From: Albugo candida
Taxonomy: Eukaryota
Assembly (NCBI GenBank): GCA_040437565.1
Contig: JBDOQK010000027.1
Location: 62,001-126,000, forward strand
Direction: 5' to 3'
DNA length: 64,000 nucleotides
Below, in pieces: positions 1 to 13,500 of the stretch; position 1 is the stretch's first letter; each line of letters opens with the position of its first letter. Under the pieces are notes generated by a model, which was not told where the DNA came from, ran no database searches, and was given only the letters and a program-made list of their open reading frames with translations. A program made the translations under genes and the position numbers.

Positions 1-814
1 CCATATTGTCAATTTGCATAGAGACCAATCTGGAAGACCAGCTTATATTTTCTCGCTTCTATGAAGCACCTGATGAGTAAGGTATTACCGTTGACGTATC
101 TAGTTAGGATCCGCTTACGTCTCTAACGTATCGGGTTCGGGACTGGGCTGATATCTTTCCAGATTTTACGTAAGGAGAGAACATGAAAAAAATACACGTA
201 CTTTACGTCGGAACAGGAAAGATCAAGCAATTGACGAAGCTGTCGTCCGGATTGCTCTGTGGAAGATTTGTTGAAGACAAATAACGACGAAGACCGAACA
301 GCACCGGACAATTTACGCTTATCTGAGCAAAATGGCAATACCAGAGTATTAGAGTGTTTACTTTCTGAAGTATAAACTAGCACTAGGCTATACATCCTCA
401 ACAACTTGCTAACCAGTTCAACACTTTCTGATTGACCAGCTCTTTCGTATACAGTGCAAGACACTTATAACTAGCACGTTTACTCGGTAGACAAGATTTC
501 TTTCTCTTCCCAGAAATGATCTAACGTAGAAAAAAGAATTCCATCATATTAAAGAAACATACGCTACAGTGTAAGATAATGGAAGCCAATTCTTCGTAAC
601 TTTGTTTTTTGTTGGACTAGTAGGGCTTCGAAATACGGCTAAATTCGGCCAGTTTCTATGGGACGAGCGATATTTGGCCGCCCGAAAATCAATGCTTATA
701 CAGGAAAACCTGTGTAACATAATACTATTGGGACCGACCTTTTTTAATTAAGTATGTATGACAAGTTATCAATTATGAAACAATCTCCGAAAGTATGGTC
801 TTGTTAGTGTGGTA

Positions 815-1890
815 TCAAGCCGTGAGGCAGTTCGTGTCCATCAGAATTGAATTTGGTACGCGTCGGTGAGAACGGTTCTTTTTGACGGCATATTCCGCAG
901 CTTTACCGCTTAACCCTTTGCGGTAAACATCCATATCCCGCTGAGATTTTTGATAGTAGTTCCTTATCTCGGTCAAACTGACCGAATCCAATGCTTTTGG
1001 TACCACGTCCTTTAGTCCACTCCATGAATAATTGCAGTTTTTCCGTGCGTACCGCTTGGCAGAGCCCCAAAAGTTCTCAATGAAGTTGATTTCACAATCA
1101 AATTTTGGATGAAATATTATTATCTGGCTGGCACAACAATAGGCTCTTCTAACATGCATTTCTGGAGAAGAAAGTCTGGTTGATTTGCCATGATTTTTGT
1201 GGCACAGCAGTCCAGTTTGGTTGGAGGATACTTCACGCGACAGTCAATTGTAAGGCCTGCACGCCAAAGTCATCGCTCTTCAAGGACAAGTTTCATACCC
1301 TTTGCCACCAGGGCCCAGGTTCATGCAATTTGCATAGAGCGCATCGTCAGCAAACGCAGCATGGCTGGTGGCATTGTCCAAAGCAAAGTGGGCCTGCATG
1401 CCTGGAAATTGTGCCTCAAAGATGGGATTGCTCGATCAAGCACCTGGTTGTAGAGGTCTATTGCCTCCCGCCATCCATCGTGTTGAATTCCAGGGTGCAT
1501 GATCACACATGCTTGTTCTGTTAGCCTCGGGAACTGCTCTTTTTTATCTTGGTCTAGAGCGAGGCGTCTCGAATTGGACAAAGGAATTCACTGACATGAA
1601 TAGATCTCTCTTGGCCTTTCTTGCGCAATGGTTGTTCTCCATCCGGCATCCAAAGGCGCATCAACCCATCATTGGCAGCAAACGTACTTTCATTATGGGT
1701 CACCAGAAGAAGTGGTTGAATGTTCGCTGCTGGCCATATTACATCATCTTGTTTTTTCTCGAAATCATCATCTTTTGCAGGGAAAACAGGCATGCGAGCA
1801 TCAAGTGTATCTAATCGGGCCAGAAACTTTAGGCGATACTCAAGAGCATTTTCTCTTTCATGACCATCGTTGTAAATCCACTTCACAACT
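815..1890 (-). mobile_element. Degenerate IS630/Tc1/mariner-superfamily DDE transposase (frameshifted pseudogene)
   Basis: Collinear motifs across three frames: YNDGHERE, LVTHNESTFAANDG (HDES with catalytic D changed to N), RKKGQERSIHVSEFLC, FALDNATSHAAFADDA (~1340-1390), HPKFDCEINFIENFWGSAKRYAR, and C-terminal YAVKKNRSHRRVP. Multiple frameshifts. Confidence 0.85.
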
Positions 1891-1959
1891 TTGCGCTATG
1901 TTATGTCTAAGAACTGTATCCAGCGCATCATCGTTCGTTCCAATATTTTTGGGTAAGGA

Positions 1960-3513
1960 AATATCACAAAATGAGCATTTCCTACTTCAATATGATCAGA
2001 GGACAAGAAGCAGACATTCACTGGAGGAGGTAAATTAAGACGCCCGCTGCGGAGCGCGATTTGCCATATGCTGCTAAACGGTACTGATATTAGTGAAAAA
2101 TATGACAGACATGGAAAACTAGAAGTTGATGTGAATAGGCCCAGATATACCGCGTCGATGCTCTATTATCCGGTGCTATCAGATGGTGCACTTACTTCAG
2201 TGCAATCGTAATGATTGATCACAGCCCGGTATGATGGTCCCATTTAATGTTCATGTCAGCCAATATGAATTTCAATGAACCGCAATCATAGAGCTGAATA
2301 TATGTATGGGTCTGGAAGAATTATCATGCGGCTCAATTCATATCCGAGCCCGAAAATGAAGCTCATGAAATAAAACCTGAGGCTAGGAGAAATTTCTAAG
2401 TAGTGCTGAAAGCTTTAGGAATACTATGTGACAAGTCTATAATGAGAGAAGATGGTTCCGGCTACAATTGAGCAGGACATTCTTATATTTCCTGACATGC
2501 ATTTGCCCGAGTCAAATTTGCATCATAGACATTTATTTGGAGTACTCTTTCAAAATGCTACCAAATCTTACTCTGTTGTGGCTGTTACAAATCCGTTGTT
2601 GACACATGTAGCCTTTCTATAGTGGCATGACTTTTTATACCCTCAACGTCTACTGTTTCCGAGATGGAGGCACTTAGAGTTTTTATGGGGTTTCACATAT
2701 TCTTCATGACGTTTTACATGATTTACGAAGTTTCGTTCAAGCTCTGTCAATTTTTTCATAAAGATGCCATGGTTCCCATTAATAATTCCAATCAATCTCA
2801 TGTAAAGGTTACACATTCGTCAAAAGGATTTTTTCTTGGCATTATGAACCGTTCGCCTGATGACAATCGTGAGTGTAGACTGTATGTCCGTGAGACCACT
2901 TCACAGTATGCGATATACTCTGTTTCCTCCTCCAGAACAACAAGAGAGGTATGACACAGTTGTCTTGAAATATGAGGACCACGACATCCATCATAGGCAT
3001 AAGAATTCGATTTGTTTGGGAAGACGAGAGTCACTTGAAAGAATAAAATATCGATAATTGTGGGTCAGTATGACGAATGGAGGATGAGAAAGAAGAACAT
3101 TGTGACTGAGCATGTTTCGTCATACAATACCGAACGATGTGGAATAAAAATGCTATGACTTCACGACCAACATGATCTCTTTGTCGAAATGCACCCTTGC
3201 ATAATAATAAGCATGCAACTTTGCGAGATTATGGAGATCTTGCCGAATAGTAAATAAGAATTCTGCTGGTCTAGCCTGGAACAAGTTTTTGCACTATCGT
3301 TCTAGTCTGGGCTGGCAGAGTTTGTGCAGCTGCACGGGTTGCTGTCTCCTGTGCAGTTGGATGGTTATGCTTATGAATATTATTATGATTTCTGGCTGTC
3401 AACATCTAATAGGCGCCTTAAAATCTGATCCAACTTGCTCAACTCTCTCCATAGAGTTTCCCCTTCTCGTCCTCTGATCATATTGAAGTAAGAATTGCTC
3501 CTACTGTGATATT
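1960..3513. repeat. Imperfect 51-bp inverted repeat pair (1960-2010 and 3463-3513)
   Basis: Manual comparison gives 45/51 identity in reverse complement, with a perfect 22-bp core TACTTCAATATGATCAGAGGAC. Confidence 0.8.
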
Positions 3514-5085
3514 ATTACTTATGTCAACAGCGTTGGTGAAGAGTGCGCAGCTTCAGAACCCCATCAGCACGCGGAAACGCCGAATGCCTTGATGGATTCA
3601 CTCCTCATTGTTTGAGCTCCTAACGAATCACAACAATGGCAATAAGGGGAAGCAACTGGCACTATGAATAAAACTTCGTCTCAATCAACCGCTTGTAGTA
3701 CGCCGTTGTTGTCTGAAACTGCAGATACTTGGCCAGACATTGACTCATGTCCTGCTTGAAATAAACAGTCTTGAGTTAGGGGTTTATGCATGGGTATTTT
3801 ACCGTGTCGGTAGAATGTAAACATGTCGGGGTGAATTGGAGAAGGGCAAAATAGAATGCTCGGCAGTGTATATTGTCAAAACCACTCTTAGGAGATATCC
3901 AGACGCTGGCCACGTCACATGCTATCCATCTTTACTAGTAATGGCTTTCGTGAAGGAGAAAATTGACAAGGCGAACATAGGCAAGGATGAAGACAATGCT
4001 CTCAAACCTGTTGAATGCAAAAACCACATTGATAAACGATCTTTTATGTTGCCTTCGCAAGGCCGACGTCATGATTCTATCCATAGTAGTTTATTTGATG
4101 TAAAGCCTCGCATCTGGACAAATTTTCGTGCACCTAATCGACATCTTCATTCTGACTTTATCACAAAATGACCGACACAATAACGGATTCCTGGACCAGA
4201 GCAGTCCATGGATACGATGTGGTTGATCTAATTTTACTGAGAAATCCATTATTGATACAACCATCAGTGGACAGGCAACAGATCCATTCATTGGAAAGCC
4301 GAGCAAAAGAACGGCGAGAAAACAGCCTATCTTTGGTGCGTTTGCTAGTCATCTTCCCCCATCCGTCATTCGCAATAGCCCATGCAGTAATCTTATCCGC
4401 AAGATGTATCTGCTCTCATCCAGAAGTCTTCGCCAAGGCAAGCGCTCTTCATTCGAACAAAAGACCAGCAGGGCACCCGTAAGTCATAAAAACCGAGAAC
4501 TTGAGATGCTGTCAAACTCGCAACTACTGCCCTCAGTGATCGTATGACATTTCAAGAGAATTTTAATGTAGCGGCCTTCTTTCTGATTGTTTTGTGCCCA
4601 ACTCACTCGTCGAACAGATTTGGCTACTGTATAAAGTGGGCACCAACTTCGTGACACTGAAAGCTACGGGCTGATCAAAGCTGATGATCAACCAAGTACT
4701 TGACAAAAGGCGTTCCGTTTTCAAAAGTACGTTTCGTATTGCGCAATCATTTCCCGCTTCCTTTTCCGACGCGCTACTAATCGTTGCCTCCGGCTCCGGA
4801 CAAGTTAGCTCTCTATCTCTTGTCCTTCATTTTCGACATAAATAGTCACTTCGAGTGGGCATATTTGGCCAATCATAAGAATACATGATCACCTTTGTAC
4901 TGAATTTAAACTTCGATAAAAATGCGTACTGTTGTACACACTTAAGGAAGTGTTGCCAATTTCCCGTAAATATGTTTTAAGTTTGATTCGATTTCATGGA
5001 ACGTCGCCTATTTGTGACGCTATCTCTCCTTCTTCCTCAACCATTCTTTCATTTATAGACAAGTACAAACATTGATTGACCGACC

Positions 5086-6009
5086 ATGGGCTCCTATCTG
5101 ACCCTCATCAACAACAGCGAGCTAACGTATGAGTGCAAAGTCGGCTATCATGAAGCAGCCTTACAAGGCTCCCTGTACGCTGCCTTCCTTCTCGGCGCGG
5201 TGACCGGAGCTACCCGCGTAGTAGGTTGGCTCAAAATGATTTCGCTTGGCGCCTTGATTTTTGGCGTTGGGTTCTTTACTATTCAATTAACTGCTTTGTA
5301 CGGACCGAAGAAACAACTGAAATCTATTCGAGCGACAATGGAACAGTTCGATTATTTTTCCGAGTCATCTGTGGCTTCGATAAACATTGAGCTCGGAAAG
5401 AAAGGATTCTTCACGATCAAACCACAGGAATCGCATCAATACGGAAAGATGTCTCTGGGCTTGCTTCGTCAAGCTACCTGCGTACGAACTGTTTACCTCA
5501 CCAATGTGACATTAGACATGCAAGTACTTTTGATACGCCCAATTTCGAGTGGTCTGCTACCAAACAGAAATCGTAATTACAATATCAAAGCCGCTATGGA
5601 GAAGACCGGCACTCAGCACTACATGGTGTATTCCGCCAGGTTCATGGAATATGAAAATAAGACGTTCTCTGCGCAACCAGTTTTCCCTACCACTGCGGGT
5701 CAACAGCCATTGATAATGCCCATTCAGAACACGCAAGGCACAAGCCCTGGGTCGAATTTATCGGAAACAGCAAATGTTTCGCTTCTGAACAATTATCAGC
5801 CAATTCGTTCGGTCTCAACTTATTCGCAAGGAAACGACGGCTCTTCTGCTGACAATGGCACACCGCAAGCAGCAACAAAATCTCAATATGAGCCTGTCCC
5901 TTCTTCGAACGTTCCTCGCGCATTTTATACTGGAAACAGCGGAGCCATGTTTCCTACAAACGTGAGCATTTCCCAACCTTTGCCGCAACCCATCCAATCA
6001 GTAGCGTAA
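5086..6009 (+). CDS. Hypothetical protein (307 aa) with a central hydrophobic hairpin and a low-complexity Q/S/P-rich tail
   Basis: Only long intact ATG-initiated ORF in the first 10 kb. MGSYLTLINN..YECKVG and HQYGKMSLGL..QATCVRT resemble an uncharacterised oomycete family (recalled, not searched). Confidence 0.7.
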   Translation: MGSYLTLINNSELTYECKVGYHEAALQGSLYAAFLLGAVTGATRVVGWLKMISLGALIFGVGFFTIQLTALYGPKKQLKSIRATMEQFDYFSESSVASINIELGKKGFFTIKPQESHQYGKMSLGLLRQATCVRTVYLTNVTLDMQVLLIRPISSGLLPNRNRNYNIKAAMEKTGTQHYMVYSARFMEYENKTFSAQPVFPTTAGQQPLIMPIQNTQGTSPGSNLSETANVSLLNNYQPIRSVSTYSQGNDGSSADNGTPQAATKSQYEPVPSSNVPRAFYTGNSGAMFPTNVSISQPLPQPIQSVA

Positions 6010-9000
6010 TGAGGCCAGTAAGCAACCGATATCTTTTCTCACAACGCTAGTACTTGCCTGCTCAGTAGGCATTCCACTGACATAAGAAATGCGTTGCGAA
6101 TTGATTTCTATAACCCTTGCACAAATATACATTCTCATCATTCATCATCGTTTATTTATTCTGAGCTCCTGACTCATATACTTGACTTCTATCGGAACAC
6201 AATCGCTAATGAGAAGCTGTGCAGATTCATCGGCAGCTTTACTGAGTTCTCTACTCGACGCTCACAGTTACGCGGTATTTCCGGCATCTTCGCACCACAC
6301 TACAATGAAGACGCGACTCGCTTTGGATCGAATGTTGTCGTCCATCCGAAAACGTTGGCAGAGATAATCTCATGAACTTCGTATTTCTTGACCAATTTCC
6401 ACCCCCTCTCAAATTCTTTGTACGCCATTGATTGGATTTTGTTCTGTTGGTGCATATGCACGTGCGACTGCTCTTTGATCATCAATACGTTTGATTGATG
6501 CGATGCTGATTTGATCAACTGCCATTTGGAATTGACTCATCCTATCGCCAAATAGTTTAACTAGAAAAGCGTGTACGTGTTCTCATGTTCCACCGATCCA
6601 AAGCACTTGAACTCCGCATGAGTAATGCATCAGTACCCAGATTGATTAATCTGAATTGCGCATGCGATCGATCACGTGCATTTCATTTTGGCTGAGATTG
6701 AGAGAATAACGTCCGATCCGTTTGTCAAGTAAACCAAGTTTTCATTTTAGCGCCCATCGCCAGCTTTTGGATAGTGGGAAAAGTTTGATGTGTATGAGGT
6801 CAATCAGTCCGAGCACTCATTGCAAATGCAAAGATAGATCTGATTTTGCTACAGAGCGGAAGACCACTCAGATTTACGGCCACACAACTATCATATCAGT
6901 CGCGTGAGCGTTGCTCACGTTGTCGTTTGGCTCGAATCCGTCAAGAAGAAAGAATCGCTGTGGGTTAATCGAATGAGCGTCGTGGATGCTTGATCGATGA
7001 AAAGCTGTAAATGATCCTAATCGAGACTTTTGCAAATAGGCCAGGGGGCCAGGAGACACACTATGCACACTATCGATTCCGAGTGTTCGGGGGTGAACCT
7101 CTTCAGAAGCACATTGCATTTGCCATTGTGTATGTCATCACGTGTAGTGTCCAAGATTAGCGCAGAACAAAACGATGCAAATTGGGATTAGTAGAATTAT
7201 TTGCCATTTTCCTGACAAAGTTTTTTTCGACAAAAATATCAAGCTTTACGGTAAAAGCAATACACGAATAACTCGAGAGCTTGTATAGTAGCCAGAAGTC
7301 CTACAATCTGACTGGAATGGGCTGCTACCTTGCTTTAAGACGATGCTGACGATGGCTACCCCAATGTGTATCAGCACCATATTTCCATGAAATGAATAGC
7401 TCAAACAGTGACACAATTTCTCCACAAGCAATTTCCGTATCGCACCTGGACGATGAAGAACGCAATGTTCCATTAATTGCAACATACTGCTGCAGCAAAG
7501 CAACTTAGTTGAGACGAGAGCTAGTGACAATCAAATCAGGGATTTGCGATTTTCATTGTGTCTACTACATCAGACAATTTCCAGTACATCAGCTTGCTCT
7601 TAGCGGTGGTCACAGGCTGGCACTTTTCCAGATGCTTGAGCCTACTCAAGGCTCCATTAGACAGCGGATCATATTCTCAGAATATAATTCGCATCAGACG
7701 GTGTGATGACATCAAACATCCCTTCTTCCCATTAATTCGTAAGGAAAAGATATTATTGTAAATCGGCTCAAAAGGTATATATTCACTGCCCGTATACCTA
7801 CCTCACGCCGTGAAAATTGACTACTTGAAGCAATTATATTCAATCATGGCATAGTGAAGAGACATTCTTAATGATACGAAAAGTCTTGAATAAAGTCGAG
7901 CAGTACTGACTGGGGATTCATGCACACTAAATAAGCGTATTCTGATACGTTGATAATAAGAAATATGAGCCCTTAAAAACAAAGACTTTATTGCAAAATT
8001 AGAGTTCATACAGGGATTGAGCCATTGCACACTCAACTTTGTAGAATGAGTTGTAGTTGTTTGCTTGGTGAAGTGCATAACATGACGGAACCAGAGGCAT
8101 AATCATAACAATTTCTCTGATATCTCGCACAAACAATATGACCAAGAATCGATTGCCTGTTTCCATAATTTTTTAGAAGCGCGATGTGTTATGTAGTCGG
8201 CCATGAATGACAATCAGAAGCATGACAGCACTAGTACACAACAATACGATCAAAGGCCTTATGAGAGAGTATACAGATACAACTTCCAGCTGAAAGAGTG
8301 TACTGATCTAAAACAAATCACTTTTGCTACCAAACGCAAATAGAGCCCATGGAACTGCACGAGCATACTTCTAAATAGCCATCTTCCAAGGTCGATAAAA
8401 CATCAGCAACATGCATCGTCAGCGATGATGGCTGGAATAATATCGATTCGGACGTTCTGTAGCACCATACAGTACACCTTCACTAACGCATCGTAAGTTC
8501 CACTAGAGTAGAAACACGAAGGAGGACGTACTCTGTTTGCTACATCGACAAGGAAGTTGCAATAAGCAGAATCATCATCGGGTATATATTGACCGGTCCA
8601 TCCGAATGACGATTTGGACAAATTCGTATTGTCTGGGAAAGCACAAATGTATGCCACGCATTGTACTGTATATGAGTGTCATCCTATACAGAAGGGGCTT
8701 CAAGTGAGCGGTTGTGTCGATTCTCTTATATTTCCTTACATTGTGCTAAGCAAAACCCACATTCAGTAGTAGGTCTCAGACTTAATAAAGGCAAAAGTCC
8801 CTCATAAAACATGTACCCGCTTGTCAATCGACACCGTATTGAATGTCATTGGCAAACTCGGCATTTGCCCATAAACTCGTAATTCACGGCTTGAATTCCA
8901 TTCCAGATCCTTTGAAGCTGACAGGTACACTCTCTAAGCGAAAGAAGAGAGAAGTAAACAGAAGTGTGCCATAATGCATTGGGTCTAAACAGCACATTAC

Positions 9001-9029
9001 AATTATATCAGCTTCAGTTGAATTATTTC

Positions 9030-10125
9030 ACTGATAGCAATGTCTTTCCTTAACAGCCGAACCAATGCGTTCCGAAGCTTTCGATTGTCGTAGGCACGTC
9101 CTTCCAGCTTCTGCTCCAAACCTTTCACCTCCTAATTTGTAGCACACACCGTTTTCTCCCAAGAACGTGGTGGCGGGTGATGAGCCACCACACAGTTCTG
9201 TCTGCTTTGCTTTGTTGTACTTTAGATCTATCGTAATCGGGATGAATACCGGAGTTCTTGGAGAAAGTTGACAACGACGGATCTTGTACCGGGGTTTGAT
9301 GAGCCGCCGCACATTCCATCTCCGATTCCGCATATAAAGTCCGTTCCTTATCTAGGGAATCTTTTTACTGTTGTAGTGTTCATCTCGCATTTGCTGCTTC
9401 TTCGCTGAAGTGCCGATCTTGCTCGAGCAGAAGCGGCAATTTTCCTTCGTCTTCGACACGTTCCAGCTGTGTCTGGCTGATTTGAGGTTCATTCTGCATA
9501 TTCTATCTTTCCTTCTCCACACACGCTATGAAATCCGAAGGTTGTCGTTTCTGTCACGAGTTCACTGAATCCTCGCCGAGCTGCCAATTTTGCTCGAATA
9601 GATGCATCAATTCGCCTTCGTCTTCCATCTTCAAGTCACCTTCCAGCTGCGTATGGATGAATTTGAGTTCGGTGAAAATTCGGCGAAGACGAAACTAGAG
9701 CTTTCGAAATTTTAAGCGTGTGTGGAGAAGGAACGAAAGAACATACAGAATCAAGAGCTGCCGATCTTTCTCCACGAAGTACTGTAACTTTTCTTCGTCG
9801 TCACAGCACGCTGCAGCTCGATCAAGCTGCGATTTCTTCAAGCACATAAAATACGCTTCGTCATTCAAGTCCTCGCAGCGCGACGTCAAAGCGCCGACTA
9901 GCTGCTCAGTTCTTACTGTCAATTAGACGCACTTGATCGATCTTGTCTGATTTTGTTGTGCTGGACCTGCAGCTGGAGGGTGATACATGACGTAATTTCA
10001 CCGACATGCCTCAGATTCGTTGACATCATTGTACAATCTCTTGTAACTGAACGTTCCATTATTCTTTCAGCTGATGACGTAAAACTATCTAGAGAGGGTG
10101 AAATACTGAAAGGATACGTATACAT
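9030..10125 (-). pseudogene. Decayed copy of the coiled-coil/'CVVAHHPP' repeat-protein family
   Basis: Translated fragments match the 31.2-33.0 kb copy: TSRCEDLNDEAYFMCLKK vs TSSCEDSDDEMRYLYIKN, KLQYFVEKDRQL vs KIQYLTEQYRLL, CVVAHHPP, and EVKGLEQKLEGRAYDNRKLR vs EVKGLEQKLAERTYDNQKLR. Several in-frame stops. Confidence 0.75.
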
Positions 10126-10593
10126 TTTCAGCTTTGCTAGTCCGTTGGCAGAACCGTGTGATAATTTATGACCTCAACATAAGAAAGTCGTTGGTCAAGC
10201 TCACAGACGCCAGCAGATGGATACAATAGACCACCGCTTTCATAAAGCATAATCCGCAATCGTTACGTCTACCGAAACCAGACTTTCATGCCAAGGATCG
10301 AGCAGCGTGCATCTCCAACACTTGCTCATGACAGCATCATGCCGTAGCATCAAAGGTTATATTTTTTGTAGAAGTAGACATATGACTTACAAAACCAAAC
10401 GCTTACGTTTTAATATACACTTTTCTGACCAAATGATATCACTAATTCAAGAAACATACCCGTCCTCTACTTCGAAAATCTTGTGTTTTATTACACCTTT
10501 TTTTGGACAGTAATCATTGTTCTATTTTGTCAAAACCTCCTCACAATTTCAAAGGCTGCAAAGGAGCCCCTCTGAGCACGACGTACTGCAAGC

Positions 10594-13500
10594 ATGCACG
10601 CCGTCAAAACAGAAGAAAAGCGGCCTTTGCTGAAGCTTTCTTCCCGACGTGAGGATTTGTCGCCTTCTGCGCGCAGTGGCTTCTCTGATCGCTACCCGTC
10701 ACAGCATTCAAACTGCCTGACCTCGCTATTCTTTCTATGGCTCAACCCGTTGATGAAGCTGGGAAGCGAGAAACCATTGGAACACGATGATTTGTTCCAG
10801 TTGGATCCTTACAATCGAGCTAATTGTGTGAAGGCTCGATTTGAGCAGTTTTGGGAACGAGAGATCAAAGTCGCAAAGGAAAAAAATCTAAAAAGCAAGA
10901 AAGGAAAAGTGTACAAACCCAATCTCGGGTGGGCACTGGGTCGGGCATTTGGAGGTCCATTTCTGGTTGCGGGCTTACTAAAGCTATTGCACGATTCGCT
11001 CCAGTTCGTTAGTCCCTTGGTGATCAATCGGATTATTGCCTATTTGAACGTTCCTTCTGCTCCCTACTCGGAAGGAATCATGTATGCGGCGATTATATTT
11101 GTGTGTGGAGTTATTCAGTCATTTGCTTTACGACAGTACTTTTTCTATTGCTACGAGTGTGGGATGCGACTTCGAAGTGCAATTGTGTGCGCGGTGTACA
11201 GCAAATCTCTACGGTTATCTTCTGCGGCACGTCAGAAGCGTACTTCTGGTGAAATTATCAATTTGATGTCGGTCGACGCTCAGCGATTACAAGAATTGAC
11301 TCCTTTCTTGCATTCTGTCTGGTACGCATTGTATCAGATCTTTATATCGTGTGTACTTCTCTGGAATCAAATCGGTCTCGCCACGTTTGCGGGTGTTGGT
11401 GTCATTCTCATTCTTATACCGATGACAACTGCGATCTCGAAAAGGATGCGTTCACTACAAGTGAGGCTGATGAAAATCAAAGACGAGCGTATCAAAATTT
11501 GTTATGAAATTCTATCAGGCATCAAAATCATCAAAATGAAAACTTGGGAAGGCCGCTTCACACATCGCGTGATGGACTATCGCCAAAAGGAATTGCGATC
11601 GCTGAAAAGTTACATCTACACCCAAAGTATCTCCAGCGCTTTATTCAACTTTGTTCCAACGCTTGTCACAACGGTATCGTTTTTCACGTATGTGAAGTTG
11701 GGCCATGTCCTCGATGTTGCTACAGCATTGACGAGTTTGGCTTTATTCGATATTCTGCGGTTTCCGCTCTTTATGTTACCGAATGTGATCAATAATCTCG
11801 TTGAAGCAACTGTGAGTACCAAACGTCTGCGTGATTTCCTCATGGAAGAAGAATACGAGGCGGTGGGATCTGGAGATCTGAAGAGTGTGGGTGTTCGTAT
11901 ACTTGATGCAGATTTGAGCTGGAGTGCTGACAGTGATGCAAATTGTCAAAATGACTCACGAGATACTACCGGTGTATCAAGAAAGACGGAAGCGCCTGCA
12001 ATTCTTCGTGGTATCAATCTTGAAGCGAGACCTGGTGATCTAATTGCCATTGTAGGTCACGTCGGTGAAGGAAAATCAACTTTATTGTCTGGCATACTCG
12101 GAGACGCAAAAGTGACCCGAGGATCAATCTCCTTGCGAGGCTCTGTCTGTTATGTCGCTCAGCAGCCATTCATTCAGAATGCAACCATACGCGATAACAT
12201 TCTCTTTGGCCAAGAATTTGATGCAAGCAGATACGACGAAGCGCTTCGAGTGAGTTGCTTGAAAAAAGATTTAAAGATTTTTCCTGGTGGCGATCAAACC
12301 GAAATTGGAGAAAAAGGAATCAATCTTAGTGGGGGACAACGTACGCGTGTCGCTATTGCGCGTGCGGTATATCATGACGCTGATATCTACATCCTCGACG
12401 ATGTACTGTCAGCTGTTGACAGCCATGTTGCCAGCGAGATCTTTGAAGAATGCATCAAGAAGAAACTAGCCGATAAACTGGTGCTTCTAGCCACTCATTC
12501 GCTATCGTTTCTCAGCCAATGTAGCAAGATTATTGTTCTGGGTGATGGTTCCATCGCTGAAGAAGGTCACTACAAGCAGCTACTGGCCAAACCGAAGAGC
12601 TGTCTATCTCAAATGATGGAGAGTTATATTGAGACCGACAACTGTGAAGAAGACGCGACCAAGTCCCAAGAGAATGATTGCTGTGTAAAGAATTTTAATG
12701 AAAAGCACGTTGACGGACTCGAAGATGGTATTATGACTGTCAGTAGCAACGCAAGTCTCCAACGCGAAGCTTCTTTCAGAAGCGATACAAGCTCCAGTGT
12801 TGACAATGAAGTACTGGTAGGCAATGTTAAACTGATGACCGATGAGGAACGTTCCACAGGAGATGTACCCTGGCCGATCTATCGAGAATGGATTCTTGCT
12901 TTTGGAGGCTTCATGCCTGCGCTTCTCACATTTGTTGGCTATTGTATCGCACAAGGAATCAGCCTTCTTTCGACCGTGTGGATCTCATTTTGGTCAGAGC
13001 ATGCAGACTCCACTAATAGCTCGCAAATGTACTTTTTGAACATCTACATGGGAATCAATGGCGTTTTGGCAGTCACTTACTTTTTCCGCACGCTTGCATT
13101 ACTTGCTGGTGGGCTACGAGCGAGTCGTATTCTCTTCAACGCTATTTTTTCGCGCATTTTGCTGGCTCCCGTGAGCTTTTTCGATACCACTCCACTGGGA
13201 CGAATTGTGAATCGCTTGTCCAAGGATATTTACACAATCGATGAAGCTATTCCATCAACATGGGGAACACTGCTGAATATCTCGTTATCTGTCTTGAGCA
13301 CGATTGGGATCGTTTTGTATGTGACACCAGCTTTTGTCGTATTCCTGGTTCCTGTCTTGATCGGATATTACAAATCTCAGCGGTATTTTATAAAGACATC
13401 ACGTGAGCTTCAACGACTTGACTCAATTAGTCGTTCTCCAGTGTATGCGATGCTGTCAGAGACGTTGGATGGTTTGGCTACGATACGCGCATATCGTGCT

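Noticed and set aside
123..500. CxxC..ERAG effector-like motif on the minus strand
   Set aside because: It needs two frameshifts, and no signal peptide is visible.
6094..8700. Short ORFs in the first island
   Set aside because: No recognisable motifs, consistent frame or splice pattern.
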